Positions 39,201 to 54,200 of a stretch of DNA of 64,000 nt are shown piece after piece. Position 1 is the stretch's first letter. Each line of letters begins with the position of its first letter. A program made the position numbers and the translations under genes. Source of the DNA: Lytechinus pictus (lineage: Eukaryota); assembly GCF_037042905.1 (NCBI RefSeq), contig NC_087249.1, forward strand, positions 10,294,001-10,358,000. The letters are read 5' to 3'. The notes under the pieces were generated by a model. That model worked only from the letters and a program-made list of their open reading frames with translations. It was not told the DNA's origin and searched no databases.

Positions 39201-42200
39201 ACGTCCATAAAAATAAACATCATTGGCATCCAATTAACATCATGCACAACGAGAGAAAATACAAACTTATGAATATCGGGGGTAAAGAATTAGGAATTGG
39301 AATAATTACACAAAATTAATAAATGAATAATAATTAACATTCCATGTATTCTCAACAATGCCCGATATTAATGATTAACAATTGGAGAATATTATCTACG
39401 CTAAAATTCAAAGAATTGATTGGAGAGATATGAGCATCTAGATGTACATGTACAGTCTACATGTATATGGTTAAAACAGACCCCTTTAATAAAGGGAAAA
39501 TTCACCCTGATAAGTTGGTTTAAATCAAAGCAGACAAAAAATCGAAGAAAGATACCGTAAAAAGTTTCATACAATAATGAGAGTTTACATGAATTTTTTT
39601 TAAATATTGATTTTGATTTTGGGACTTCACTGAGGAGTGGCTCCTCCACATGTTGTGCGATGTGTATAAATTCCCCAAAATGCCATTTTCTAAAAAATTT
39701 AAAAGCAATTTTATTTCTGCAGTCAATACATCATCAGATATCTGTACATCATTTCATACCCTCTTCTAAAAATATTTGTACTCATCATATTCACAGGTCT
39801 GCCAACATTTGAAAATGAAAAAAAAAGAGTCCTAATCCCGCGGCGCGGATTTTTCTTCTGGATGTCAGGTGTGTCTCCCTCACTTTTTAAAAAAATCTGT
39901 TTAGCATTCTTATATTTAAATATTGAGAAATTACAAGTGTTGAAAAACGAATACTCTTACACCCATACACACACCCATACACCACCACACAATTACTAGG
40001 CTGATTTATGTTTTTATCTTAAATAATTGGAAAAAACGGAGTGCTCCTCATTTTGGTTGAACAAAAATCTTAAAAATTGGGTAACTGCTGGGTACAAGGA
40101 GTAGTTTGCAGGCCTGTATTCATGATGAGTACAAATTATTTCCCCTTTATAAAAAGGGGAAGTTCACCTGATGAAAAGTTAATTGTAAAAACACCAGAAA
40201 AAATAGTTTTAAAAAAATGGTGAAGGTTTTAGGAAAATCCATTATTAAAAGATTATAAGAATGCTTTTAGAATTTTGTTGAAGTTTTTGATTTGTGACTT
40301 CACACAAAAGCAGCCACCCCATACATGTATATTATGTAATATAAAATGCATAATTTTCATTTTTCAATAGCTCATGAGGACTAAAAAAATTTGTCTTTCA
40401 GGAGCGGGTATGAAATATTTTGTCTTTTAATACTGAGGGTACAATAAAACCCATTCTCAAATTTTTAGAAAATGACACTTCATTGATTTTTTAAAATTCA
40501 TAAAACATGGGAAGCAACTATCATATATGACATCACAAATCAAAAACTGAAAATTCTAATAACTTTTTAAATCATTGATGGATTTCCTTCAAATGTTCAC
40601 CAATATTTTTCTCTAATCTTTTTGTTTATTAAAACCAACTTCACCAGGGTGAACTTCCCCTTTAATACTAACTATGAATAAAGACACGCACCTCAATGAC
40701 AAACAAGGCAAGAATGGCTAAAGTGGTTGCCGACAGGGCTCTCAATGTGGATTCTTTCTTTACACTCCCTGGAAAAAAAAAATGATAAAATCAAAGGATT
40801 ATTGAAGTGTTGATTTTCATCAGACATTTGAAAATATGATATTACATTGAAAAAAATTACATTGTAATAAGGAGAGGAAGAGGAAATAATAAAAAAAAAA
40901 GATTAGCAAAAGGAGGACAGGGAAAGGAAGCCACTGTTGGAAATGGAGGTTTCCTTTAATATTTAATACATGTATTCCTTCATTTCCTTGAAATGCTGAA
41001 AGCCATGCAAAAGCAGGGATAATAATATCCAGCACTTACATGTAGAAACATTTTTCATATGATGTCTGTATTATTGTCTTATCATCATGTAAATAATATA
41101 CATGTAACCATGAATCATAAAGCAATCATGTTGTCATAAACATTTCAGGAATGCCACTGATTCTCTAGATCATGTTTCTAGAATGGTAGACTTTGAAACT
41201 ATTTGAAGGTGGGAGGAGAACACACCCAAATATTTTCAAAAGATTAATTAATATCAAAACAACCTTTATGTTTTAAGATTTGGTCACGTTGGCTTATAGT
41301 AATCTGTGGAAATTATCATGGAAGTCACAATTTATTACAAATCACAACATTTTCATGTTTGTTTTCATTATCTTTGGAGAAGCAAGGGGGGGAGGAGATA
41401 AACCTATCAACAACAAATGAAAAATATCGGCCAAATGCACTGTGAGTGTGACAGAGTATTGATGCAAATTAATACCCCTTTCATAAACCCAATTATGCGG
41501 CTAATAGCAGCATAATTTGGTCGTAAAATCGGAGAAGGACCAGAGTTATCCGCATTATTTTGATGCTGCAATTATCCGCATAATAGCGGCATCGGGACCA
41601 GATTTTGACTTTATGAACGCATTTTCAAATAATGCGGATAATTGCCATGGTGCGGTCACAAGGTCACCCTTTTCCAACACAACCGCATCGGAGGGGGCGT
41701 GTGCAGTTGTCATGACGATTTAAAAATAGTGTGGATTATTTTCAGAGTTTGTGAACGCAATTTTTATTGAATTATCCGCATTACTCTTAGGCGGCTAATT
41801 GGAGGATGGGTTTATGAAAGGGGAATAGTGTACCCTTGGTATACATGATGTATGATATCTATTTCATTGTCATGCAGTTCCTGAAAGCATCAGGATATGA
41901 AATTGAAAAATATCAATTTTTTGGTCAACAAAGTCTGTATCAATAATGAAAACCTTCAAAATATCACTAGCGAACAAAAACAACCCCAAAACACAAACAT
42001 TTGCTGTATGTTATTTCCAAGATGACACAGCTTTCGGATCTGAAATCCCTCTGTATCCTCACACTTATTTTTCAATGCCGATTCTAATCTCTGGATATTT
42101 CTTCTGTATCACTTCGATTCAATTATCCCTTTGTCCCGAAACTGCCTGCTTTGTCAGTGTTTGACGTGGGGGTGGAATTATGTAGCATCAGAAATTTGAT

Positions 42201-45200
42201 ACTGTACCCACATGTACATGTACTGTATTAAAACAGTGTTGTGCGACAAACACGTACATAGGAACAAACCAAATGATTAATATGCCTTTGCCACAAAGTC
42301 ACAATATTATAATTAATTCTCCACCCCCCCAAAAAAAAAAAAACATTATGTGATGCAACAAACGATAAAATTCAATGCAAAAAATACAATATATAGGCCT
42401 ACATGTATACATTGTATGACTTTGGTCTGAACTCAGCATGAGTATATTGTATCAGAAAAAGAAATTTAGCATAAAATGAAGGAAGAAATTTGCATAAATT
42501 GTGACACATGATAACTGACAATGATACAGTAAACAATTATCAGTGCACAATATAAATTTGCAATGTACATATATACAGAATGTATAAAATGAATGTTGCC
42601 TCTATGCATACATGTACAATCATAAGCAGGTGCATGTATAAAAGCCTTTGTTATCATGTTTATAATGCAGTTTCACAAGCCACTGCACCCACACACACTG
42701 CCCACTGAGTGAGTGGGTGACAAAAGAGAAAGGGTTATTCATTTGATCAATTCTTATCCATTCCCCAAATTAAAAACACCCCATGTAGTCTGCAGGCACA
42801 GACTCATATTTGACACTTCAACCAATAACAGGGCTAGAGTGAAGACTGGACTCCAAGGACTGTGTCTGTGTCAAATAGTAGATCCAGTAGTGAATCTAGT
42901 CTCACCAATTCAGACTCTGCATTATGCACTCTGCGATTCGCGAAAACCAAAGGTCTGTATCTACAGACTACATCCCATGCTAGTATCAAGCTTGAATACA
43001 TGCGTATGGCTTCTTTTCCCCAGGTCCAGCATAAACAGGTCTTTTGAGTAATGATTTTTTATTTCATGGCAAGCGCACATTGTACCAGTGCATACATATC
43101 ATGATTTCATGTAAATGGGATTACAGTGTGTAGTGAAACTGTAGACATTGCTTTAATAATGGGGAAAGATTTGCAGGTGTGCACGCTGCAACTGCAATTA
43201 ATTAGAGCTCTGCAGGGCTTTGTTCTACGATGATAACCACAGAGAGAGAGAGATGGTGAGCGTAAGACACCTACCGTCCATAATGACACTGAAAGCAATC
43301 AAGAGTTCGACGGCAACCAGGAAACATATCACCAAGACAAGAAGAACTACGATGAAGAGGAACACGGCTCCATTGACAACCATGTCTAAGTACTGATGGA
43401 ATCTGAAAAGATATGAAACAAGATCGGTAATTTAAAAAGAATTATAAATACAATTCACCTGTTCTACATGTACATCTACATGTAGGCCTATGTATGACTA
43501 AAAAATCACAGACGAATGTTTTTTTTCTTAATATGGGTAATACCTCGGTCACATTTGCTCTACGGCGGCCGTACGGCGAGTCGAAAACAGCCGTTTTAAC
43601 ATTTTTTTGTACCAGCTTTACATAGTTTGTTTGAATAAAACAGCTGTTTTCGACTCGCCGTACAGCCGCCGTAGAGCAAATGTGACCAAGGTATAAGTTC
43701 TCCAAATTCTTATTCATTCAAAATATATATTTTGATAGCAATCATGTAAAAAAAACCTGCAACGACATGTATCACACACACGAACACGTACTCAATATCG
43801 ATCCTATGAAGCTCCATTTTATATATATATATATATATTGGTGAGAAAAATTGTTCCTGGGCGCCGTAACACAAAAGTTAGCGATTAATCGCTATTGAAA
43901 TGACCAATCAAGATCCTTGTTGCAAGCGCATTTTGCTATAAAGTAGACTGACTACAGTATGAACCAATCAGAATTGTTCTTTGAAATTAGCGATCAATCG
44001 CTAACCTTTGTGTTACGGGACCCAGGTCTTTGTATTTCTTCCCCTAATACAGTATACTTTTATGGCTTTTTGAACATTACATGTAGATACAGCAACCCTT
44101 TCCACCCCCCCCCCCCCACCCTATCCCGAAAATAAACCAACAACCTAGAGAACTATCCAACTTCAAGCATGGTTGAAGCAAGGAAAACTAAAAACACACA
44201 GACGTGACAGTCATCAGAAAATAAAAGATCAATATGGGGCAGTCTAAATGTACATGTATACATGTATGAGGAAGACTATAATTAAACTAAATTAATATAC
44301 CAATGTTTTGTGAAAAATATGAAGTAAAACTTTGAAATGTCATTAGTTTCTATAATATTTACATCCGATTTTGATGAAATTTTCGCATTATGCTAGTTTG
44401 ATTTTTCTCTATTGATTCAAATCAACATTTTTCTGGGGTGGATTTGACCTTTAACTCTACCTACATGTATATTGTGTACATGTATGTAAGTCAGCACTAT
44501 GTAACTTTATATATATATAGTAACCAAGATAAAGTGATACCTCCAGTGTAACCCTATTTGCACTCTTATACATACAATTTCACTATGTATGTACCAGTGG
44601 CAGTATGCATGCATCCCATGTAAATTCGGCGAGAAGTTATTTGTGAGAAAACTCTCTTCCATTCTCAAGAGACATCATTGCATCTGGATGTGATTTGGGG
44701 TTACAACCTTTTCCCAAGATCAAGGCACATCCTGGTTACATCTTGGAAACCTTCACTTCATCATATCACAACTTACAAAATGCTCAAGGCCTGGTTGTAA
44801 CAAGTTTTGTGAACCCCATCAGAAAATGAACATATAAGTAGTCAAGTTCTGCCATTTTTTTCTCTCCTTTTTTAAGATATTTAATTGTGAAGTCATGTGA
44901 TAAAATCAAAATTTTGTTTTTCTGGGATTGCTGAATCAACATTCAGCATGAAGGAGTGCATCTTTTGGTGGGATTAACTAACTTTTGAGCACAACTCTAT
45001 ACCTACTTGTAGATAAATAATATTTTCCTCAAAACATTCCAACATTAGTATTCAAATATAGTACTCAATCAACAGTTATTTTTATACCGAAATCAATTTC
45101 AAGTGAAAATAGGAAAAACATTGTTTGCTCCTTGCCTACAACAAAAAATATCACTATGATAAAAAACGATGTAAGTTTCATATTTCATGGCCCTGGGGCC

Positions 45201-48200
45201 CGTAACACAAAGCTTAGCAATGATCGTAGAGCATTTTTCTATGATTGATCGCATTGACTATAATGTACATTCAATCATGAAAATCAGGCGTACGATTAAT
45301 CGCTAACCTTTGTGTTACGGGACCCAGGTACATGTACTGTATGTAAGCTTCTTGTTTGTATTTTTCATCCAATGTCAGGTATCATGGACATGGACACTAT
45401 TTAATCAGAATTGGCTCAAAATCGGCACATTCACACCTGCTTGTAAAGAAATCATAATATTTTTCTGCACAAAAATGACTATATGGTACTGGAATTACAA
45501 ACATTACAAGAACTTTTACTGGAATTCATCCAAGTTTGTGGGACATTTGCAGTTATGGAAAGCAAATTATAAAGAACTTTCAGGGTGAGGCAAAAAGTTT
45601 ATCTGTTCCAGACAGGTGGGAATGCATTACCAGGTACTGTAAGACCGTAACGAGTTCTTGTAATTTAAATGGATAATTTTCTTGATGGAGGTATTAAGCA
45701 TATGTCACTTTCTTGTTCCTCTATCAAAACAAACTTATTTCCAGAATGGACACTTCATTTTATGAATGCGGATTGTGGGTCTGCCACTTACATGTACATG
45801 CAATTAAATAGTACCTGGATTACCCTTGGAAATCAACTCCCAGGAAAGTCCAGGAGCCTGTTCCATAAAAGAAAAATTCTGGCACTTTTTTGCTGGAAGT
45901 TTAAACCGTGTTAAATGTCAATGCATACTTTTGTTTGCCAGATGTTTTTTAGACAAAAGTTTTATGCAACTTCAACATGCTCAAGGAAACTTCAAATTTT
46001 GGCGTTTCCTCGTTTTTCATTAAATTGCTTTTTCTTCTTTAAAAAAAGCTTCATATACATGTATACAGTATGAATCAATCCCCTGCATGAATGCCTTAAA
46101 TAAGTTTGAACACCTCGAGGTCCTTGGGGGTCAAGCAAAATTGGGTCACACCATTGATCAGAATTAAAAACACCCCTACTTGGTCATCAGTAAATGAAAT
46201 AAAATGCATCAGTGCAGAAATGCATGGATAAATACTACATGTACAGAACATGTATATACATGTATGTACATGTATGATACTTTTATAACAACATGCTGAC
46301 ATATACCGGTAGACAGTACCAGAATTTAAATCTCCCCTGAAAAAAAATCAGATGGTATCAGATACATGTATGTGAAATAATGTACAGACCACTGTTTCGT
46401 GCATACACTACATGTAGAGGTACATGTATTTATTGACATACATAATAGAGCATACTCTACAAATGCTGCTAGAACATACACATTAAGTTGTGAAATAACA
46501 TGTTCACTGGATGAAAGCTGGCCTCTGATAATCTGATATTATATATGAACCAGTTACCTTACACTGTATGCACAAGTGACCAAATAATTGATTATCTAAT
46601 TAATCATGTAGCCTAATAAGAAGGTTTGAACTTTAATCAACTTCAAATATGGCTCATCAGTATTAAACTGATAATGAAGGTGGAATTACATTTTACCCCA
46701 TTCAAAATGAATTCATTTTATGTTGTAATCAGCCAATATTCAAAAATTGTTATTTTCATGAAATCTCTACTGGGGATAAAATAAAAAAAGAAAATCATCA
46801 CTTACTTTATGAAGTAGTAATGCAATATACATGTACAACAAACTTTAAAAAGAAACCTAGAAAAATAAAATTAGCTTGTGATCAAACAGAAAAAGCAAAG
46901 AAACAACTCAATCTTAAAAATATTTGAGAAAAATTGAATAAAAATAAAATAACCATGAAAAAAAAAATCATCAAGTCTATCCAGGTCCATAGATCAGGGT
47001 TTTTTTCCCCATGGAAGACAAGGTATTATGAAATATATTTAAGATTTTGTATTATTATTATTATAATTAGAATAATAAAAATAGAGGTTATGGGGTATAT
47101 TTTCAGTGTATAAATGGGTGAGTTGAAGTTCTACATGTACATGTATGACATCACAAACCTTGGACAGTTATCGCCATTGGGGATGATCTCTGTTGCATAT
47201 ATATTTATAATTTATTATTTCAAATTCAAATGCCCATAACTCTCTTACTGTTTGTACAATTATTCTCAAACTTTTGTTGATCTTATTCTTTGATTTTTCT
47301 GTTGAGTACTTTGTAAGCAAAATGTTATATATTGATAATGATGTCATACATGATGTCATACCATGACTCACAATTGTAGCTGCGCAGGCGCAATGCGGAA
47401 TAAACTTGCTTTGGAATCATATACCAAGAGTATCAGACGTGTGCTTATTTATGTGCCTTAATTACTAATTACTGTAGGTTAATTAGGAGTACATAACAAC
47501 AAATCTGGCGACGAGGATTAACTTTTGTGTTTGTTCTTCACTTTGGGAAAGTTCGAGTACCTGAGGATGGCTACTTTTGGAACAATTGGTGAATTTCGGG
47601 AAGACGAAGGGAGTTGGTCCGAGTACATTGAGCGTATGGGACACTACTTCGACGCCAATAGCATCATTGATGAGGGGAGGAAAAGATCCATTTTACTTAG
47701 TGTTTGTGGAGCCTCAACCTACAAGTTAATGTCAAGTTTGGCGGCACCAAGGAAACCAGGTGAAGTTGAGTTCAAGGAACTTGTGAAATTAATGACTGAT
47801 CATCGAGATCCAAAGCCATCGGTGATCGTCCAACGATTCAAGTTTAACAGCAGGTCGAGGAGACCAGATGAATCGTTGTCAACTTACATTGCTGAACTGC
47901 GACGATTGGCTAATGAATGTAAGTTTGGTACTATTTTAGAGGAGATGTTGAGAGATAGGATTGTGTGTGGAGTGGCGGATGATAGAATACAAAGGAGATT
48001 ATTGGCTGAACCAACTCTAACTTTCGAAAAAGCTAAAGATATTGCATTAGCAATGGAATTAGCTGATAAAAATACAGCCGATCTCAGAGATCAGAACAAA
48101 GGCGAGATGGTGAACAAAATCGCTCATGGTGTTCGTCATCGTAAGTCGTCACAACGTCCTAATTCCAAGAAACATTCCTCATGCGGTCGCTGCGGAAAGG

Positions 48201-51200
48201 GACAGCATCAAGGAGAGGCTTGTCCAGCAAAAGACGGAGAGTGTTTCCACTGCGGGAAAAAGGGACATTTTGCCGTGGTATGCAGAGCCAAAGGAGAGAG
48301 GAAGGACCAGAGAAAAGTTTTCCAGCAGCAAGGGAAACGGACCGCCTCCAATAAATCTCGAACTCTGCAGATCGAAACAAGAGAGGATGATGAAAGCGAA
48401 AGCTACGGGTTGTATACACACTCGACGAAAGCTTCCAAACCTCCTCCGATTATGACTCAGCTAACAGTGAAAGGGAAACCTATAAACTTCCAAGTGGACA
48501 CGGGCTCGGCAGTAACGCTCATCAATGAGAAAACGTGGCTCTCTCAGTGGAGTGACAAAGAGAGGCCTAAGCTGAGCGAACCAAAAAGCGTAAAGGAACT
48601 CCGCTCGTTCCTGGGCTTGCTAAATTATTATGGTAAATTTCTACCCGACCTTGCATCAAATCTAGAACCTCTTCATCGGTTGTTGAGGAAAGACGCAAGA
48701 TGGCAGTGGGGTAATGAGCAAAAACAGGCTTTCGTAAGAGCCAAAAAGTTGCTTAATTCAACTCGGGTGCTAGCACACTACAATCCGGAAGAGCAACTGA
48801 TACTAGCTTGCGACGCTAGTCCGTACGGTATCGGAGCCGTACTCGCACATAGATTTTCGGATGGGACCGAAAAACCCATCGGTTTCGCGTCGCGAACACT
48901 GAATGTTGCAGAACGCAGATATTCGCAATTAGATAAGGAAGGTCTAGCGATTGTATTTGGTGTAAAATGGTTTCACCAATATCTGTATGGCCGTAAATTC
49001 GAAATAATCACGGATCATAAGCCGTTACTTGGTCTCTTTGGAGAGAGGAAAGCCATTCCACAGATGGCTTCTCCGCGCGTCCAACGGTGGGCGATTACAC
49101 TTGCGGCATACGAATATGAAATAAAGTATAAAGCGGGAGAGAAAAATTCAAATGCTGATGCACTCAGTAGATTACCGCTAGAATCAACCATTTCGGATCC
49201 TCCGATCCCGGGGGATATCATACTTCTCATGGATACATTAGATAGGACACCGATAACGCCCTCGCGCGTCCGTTCTCTTACCGACAAAGATCCGATCTTG
49301 TCGCGGGTCCGTAACTTCATCCTACAAGGATGGCCTACAGCAGATGAATTACAAGATAAGGCATTAGGTCCGTATTTGAATAGAAAAGATGAATTAAGTG
49401 TCCATGAGGGAGTAATATTGTGGGGAGCTCGCGCGGTGCTTCCACCGAAATGTCGAGAAGCAATGATGGAAGAATTGCATGATGCACATCCGGGGATAGT
49501 GCGTATGAAGGCAATGGCGAGAAGTTGCGTATGGTGGCCACAGATTGACAAAGATTTGGAGCGTAAAGTAAAATCTTGCGAAAAATGTCAATCACACCAG
49601 CGACAACCGTCGAAAGCTCCACCCCATCAGTGGGAATATCCAAGTAAACCGTGGTCGCGAATTCATGTCGATTACGCAGGTCCAGTAGAAGGGAAAATGT
49701 TACTAGTAATAGTAGATGCGTATTCAAAATGGATAGATGTTCATATTACGAATAAATCGACTAGCGAAGCGACAATAGACAAATTGAGGGAAGTCTTTTC
49801 GGCACAAGGCCTTCCTCAAACGCTGGTTTCGGATAATGGGCCCTGTTTCACGAGTGAGGAAGTCGCTATGTTCATGAAAATGAACGCAATCAATCACATT
49901 CGAGGTGCACCATATCACCCAGCCACTAATGGTCTCGCGGAAAGAGCAGTGCAAACTGTGAAAGGAGCCCTCAGAAAAATGAGTGGACCCCTTCAGACGA
50001 GATTAGCAAGGTTCTTGTTGAGTTACCGTACAACTCCACAAGCTACCACAAATCAGTCACCGGCAGAATTGCTCATGAACCGAAAGTTGCGTACTCGCAT
50101 ATCTTCTGTTCTGCCTGATGTGAACGCAACCGTTGAAAAGAAGCAATTCTCACAGACCGCTCACACTTCTCGCAAACTTCGCGAATTTAAGATAGGAGAA
50201 GAAGTCCTTGTGAGAAATTACGGGCGAGGTAACCAATGGCTACCCGGAAAAGTAGTCGAACGTAACGGTCCGGTATCCTATGTAGTAAATGTCAATGCCA
50301 ATGGCTCGACACTGAGATGGAAACGTCATGTTGACCAACTGCGAAGTCGAATCTCGACTTCATCAACCTCGAACGACGACACCGTCCCGACACACGAAGA
50401 TGACGTTATCATCCGTGATAACGAGAATGATGATCGCGATGTCGATGAAGATCAGATTGACATTCGCGCGGATCGTGAAGACAATCCTGAAGTCGAACAC
50501 GATGACGGTATAAAGCATTATCCTAGACGAGAGCGGAGAAAACCAAACTATTTTGGATTTTCATAAATTTGGACGCAACTATAATTTTAATAAGATCTTG
50601 TCTTGGATTATTAACTCAAATATTTTTGGACCTTGTCAAAATTCCTGATTTAATGGTTTAGTTCACTGAAACAGAAAGTATCATTGAATTTATTAGTTTT
50701 AATTCTAACTTCAGTTCCTGACTGACGTATACCAGTTAATGTTTGATAAGTATCAAAAGTTTATCGAAGTTAAATTTTAATCCGGGAACTGCTATCAAAG
50801 AAATTGTTAAATTTCATCTGCTATCAAAGAAATTGTTAAATTTCAATATATAGTTTCATGACCAGTTGAATATTTACTGGCACAGTTATTAAGTTGCAAA
50901 TTGAATTGGGATATTTAAAAGGTATGTTTAATCTAAAGGGGGAGAGATGTTATATATTGATAATGATGTCATACATGATGTCATACCATGACTCACAATT
51001 GTAGCTGCGCAGGCGCAATGCGGAATAAACTTGCTTTGGAATCATATACCAAGAGTATCAGACGTGTGCTTATTTATGTGCCTTAATTACTAATTACTGT
51101 AGGTTAATTAGGAGTACATAACACAAAACTTGTTCTGAAGCGTTCAATCTCTGTTCAGAATAAGATAAACATGCCCACAGGAAATTTCAAGATTTCTCTA

Positions 51201-54200
51201 GGATAAATGGCACTCTTTGATGTAATTTAAATAAACAAAAGAGATAAATAATCAAAGTAAGCAAGGAATTAAATGAAAAAAAATTGAACCTATTTTTAAT
51301 TGTTTTCCTTTCCTCTTTTGATTATCAAAGTGTAGTAGTCTACAGTACATGTTTCAATACAAAGCCAAGACATACTCGATGTACAACAGTTTATTTGAAA
51401 GCTGGCCAAGTGACCAGTCAGAAAATATATAAGGACATCTATCAAAGGCTATTAATTATCTAGATTAGTAGCCGTGGAGGCCGGAGTGTATAAAAGTAAA
51501 CAGTTTCCCCATTTCAAACTGTGAGTGTTGCTGTGTACTGTACACCTAATCCTAATATCATCACCAATAATCCATTTAAAATCATGGATAGATTATGCTG
51601 GATATAGGGATTGAGGTAACAAGAAAGTTTAAGCTCTAAGTAAGACCTGCAAAACAATTTGCTTTGCCAATAACAACCACACATCATTCATATTTGATAA
51701 TTCAGATTATTCAATTCACATCCAAATAGCTAGCAAATTATAACTCAGGCTATTAAACACTGATTCCAAAGGATTCCACCGATTCCACTGCTTTCTGAAT
51801 GGGCAGAGAAAAATGGTTAAATCCCAACAGTCCTTTGCTTAATTTTTCATGAGGTCAGAAGGGTGCATTAAATGTCGGCTAGAAAAGGCATTTTTAAGGA
51901 AGGTTTAGATCAAAACACATATGCACATCTCGTTTTTATTGTCAATTGCTATCTCAAATGTAGAGTAAGGTGGCTTCAAAGTTTACACTTTGAAGTCAAA
52001 ATGTGGTTTGTAAAGAAGCCTATTACCAAACCACATACATACATGTACATGTGTGACACCCATGGGTGTACTCTCTCAGGCCTAATCTCAACTCTTTGCC
52101 TTGTAGACAGGCAATCTCTCAAGCCAGCTGCCATTGGTTTCTATTTTTAATTCAAAGAATACATGTACATAACCAAGGCTCCACATTAACTTTTTTTGGT
52201 GGTGGCCCATTCGGGCCACCAAAACCATCAAATAATTTTTTTTGGTGGCCCGATATTAAAGTTTGGTGGCCCGAAAAATATAAAGAAAAACATTAAAAAT
52301 GAATAAAACAAACTTCTGAAATATTAATTCTGCAGCCACTACCACGGCACTAAGTTACTTTCACTTTATACATCTTGTACGTAAACCTTGTTTCCTGTTA
52401 TTTTACTTTGCTAATTGATCATTGTTTCTATCGTTGTATAAATGAAATGATTGAAAGTGAATAAATGAATTGTAGTGTTCGCTGGTTGTGTGGACTTTTT
52501 AAAAAATCTCTGTATAGAGATAATGGTAAAGTAAATAAATAGTGCATAGCAAACTCAGATCGATGTACAAAACAATGGTTTTTCCTTCCTTCCTCTTTGA
52601 ATCCTAAAACCTAGATTATGCATGCCCCAAATCCAGTTTATTTCTGTTTTCTCTTTTGCAGCATATTATGGGAGAAAATCACAGAAAAATATGCTGCAAA
52701 ATTAGAACAATGCATAAAAGGGGGAAACAAACAAAAATAATTTTCAAAAAGTATATTACAAAAAGAAAACAAAAATAATAAAAGAAATTAGTGAAATAAA
52801 ACAAAAAAAAGAAAATGAAGAAAGAAAAAAACAAAGAACAGGGAAAAAAAAAAAAACACTGTAAAAAAAATGAAAGAAAAAAAAAAAAGAAAACGGCAAA
52901 AATTATATCTGGAAAAAAGGTGTGAGAAAAGTCCTTCCCTATATTTGCCAAAATGTTGGAAAAAAAATCACATTTTATATCAATGAAATGCCTTCCCAAA
53001 GTATTTACTTTCTCAAGAGTGGTTTAAGAAGTCATTTATAAACAAGAAAGAAAGAAACTGTCTGTTTGTTTTTGGCTAGAAAATACACAGCTTCGAAAGA
53101 AACCAAGTATCAACATACATACAAATGCACACGTGGGACTGTGATGTACTTGCCTATGTGTTTTTATGTGTATTAATTCATGTGGAAATCTGTCTTTTTG
53201 AGTCAAAAGAGAGGTCATAATTCCTCTTCTTAATACTTGCAAATAATCCGGGTACACCAGATTTTCGTAATATAGACTGTAGAATTGCATTTCATTGGTG
53301 TAAAATGTGACTTTGACTTAGATTTTCAAAGTTCTGTGGAAGATTTCTCAGCAGCAACATTTTTCATCGCAGCTCCCTGAGTCTGAATAGGCTGAGCTAG
53401 ATCTAGAGCTCAGCTGTATGCAGTGGCTTCATGCAAAGCTCACGCCAGCCGGCCGGCGCGGCTGGCTGGATAATAGCTACTGTATGCTATAGCTGTAGGC
53501 CTAATATGCAAACTTTGTGTGTGTATTTGTGTGTAGATCAACAAAAAGGGCGCATGACGAACTGGCTTGCAATGTGAGCTGTAGAAAGTTGATAAATGCG
53601 TGCAAAATCGGGAGAAAAATTGCGCTACTTTGAAAATTATTGGTTGCCCGATTCGGGCCACCAAAACTTAACATTTTATCAATAATGGTTGCCCGAGGTG
53701 AATTTTTGGTGGCCCCGGGCCACCGGGCCACCGCTAATGTCGAGCCTTGACATAACTATTCATAACTCTTTGGTTTCATTTTCCAACTCTATTTTTTAGA
53801 TCAATATCTTCTCTTTTTTTTCCTTCTCAGCACGAAATATTTTCACTGACTTTGATTTGCCAGAAGTCAAATTCATATTGACTTTTCACCAACAGTTGTT
53901 GCAGACATAAAAAGCTTAAAATTTGAAATGCTTCTACACTCTTATACTAACAAATTGAAATATGAATCATTTTCAACAATGTAAACTCCATACAATCAGC
54001 ATTTTATGATGCCATGTGTGGTTTGTTGGATAAAGTTTTACTAAGTACTACTCTTTAACAGTACACTTTGCTTCTAATGACTTTTAATACTATCTAATAT
54101 TCTGCTCAATTTTTAGTACATGTACAAATAACCTGATAACTCCACCAGTCACGGTAGTCGCATATGAACAAAAATCTTGGATTCTCACTGTGGTACAGTG

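Larger units (their letters stand above)
47323..51123 (+). mobile_element. Ty3/Gypsy (Mag-like) LTR retrotransposon, internally deleted, in intron 1 and antisense to the host gene
   Basis: TG...CA LTRs at 47323-47498 and 50948-51123. 5-bp target duplication CAAAA at 47318-47322 and 51124-51128. PBS, PPT and a gag-pol ORF with RNase H before integrase (Gypsy order). Confidence 0.96.

Noticed and set aside
48126..50513. Short alternative-frame and antisense ORFs within gag-pol
   Set aside because: They are shadows of the long ORF. None contains YxDD or other RT motifs, so the missing RT is not hidden in another frame among the listed ORFs.
53391..53414. Imperfect palindrome gctgagctagatctagagctcagc
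   Set aside because: It lacks CAT...ATG ends and flanking direct repeats, so it is not counted among the scars.
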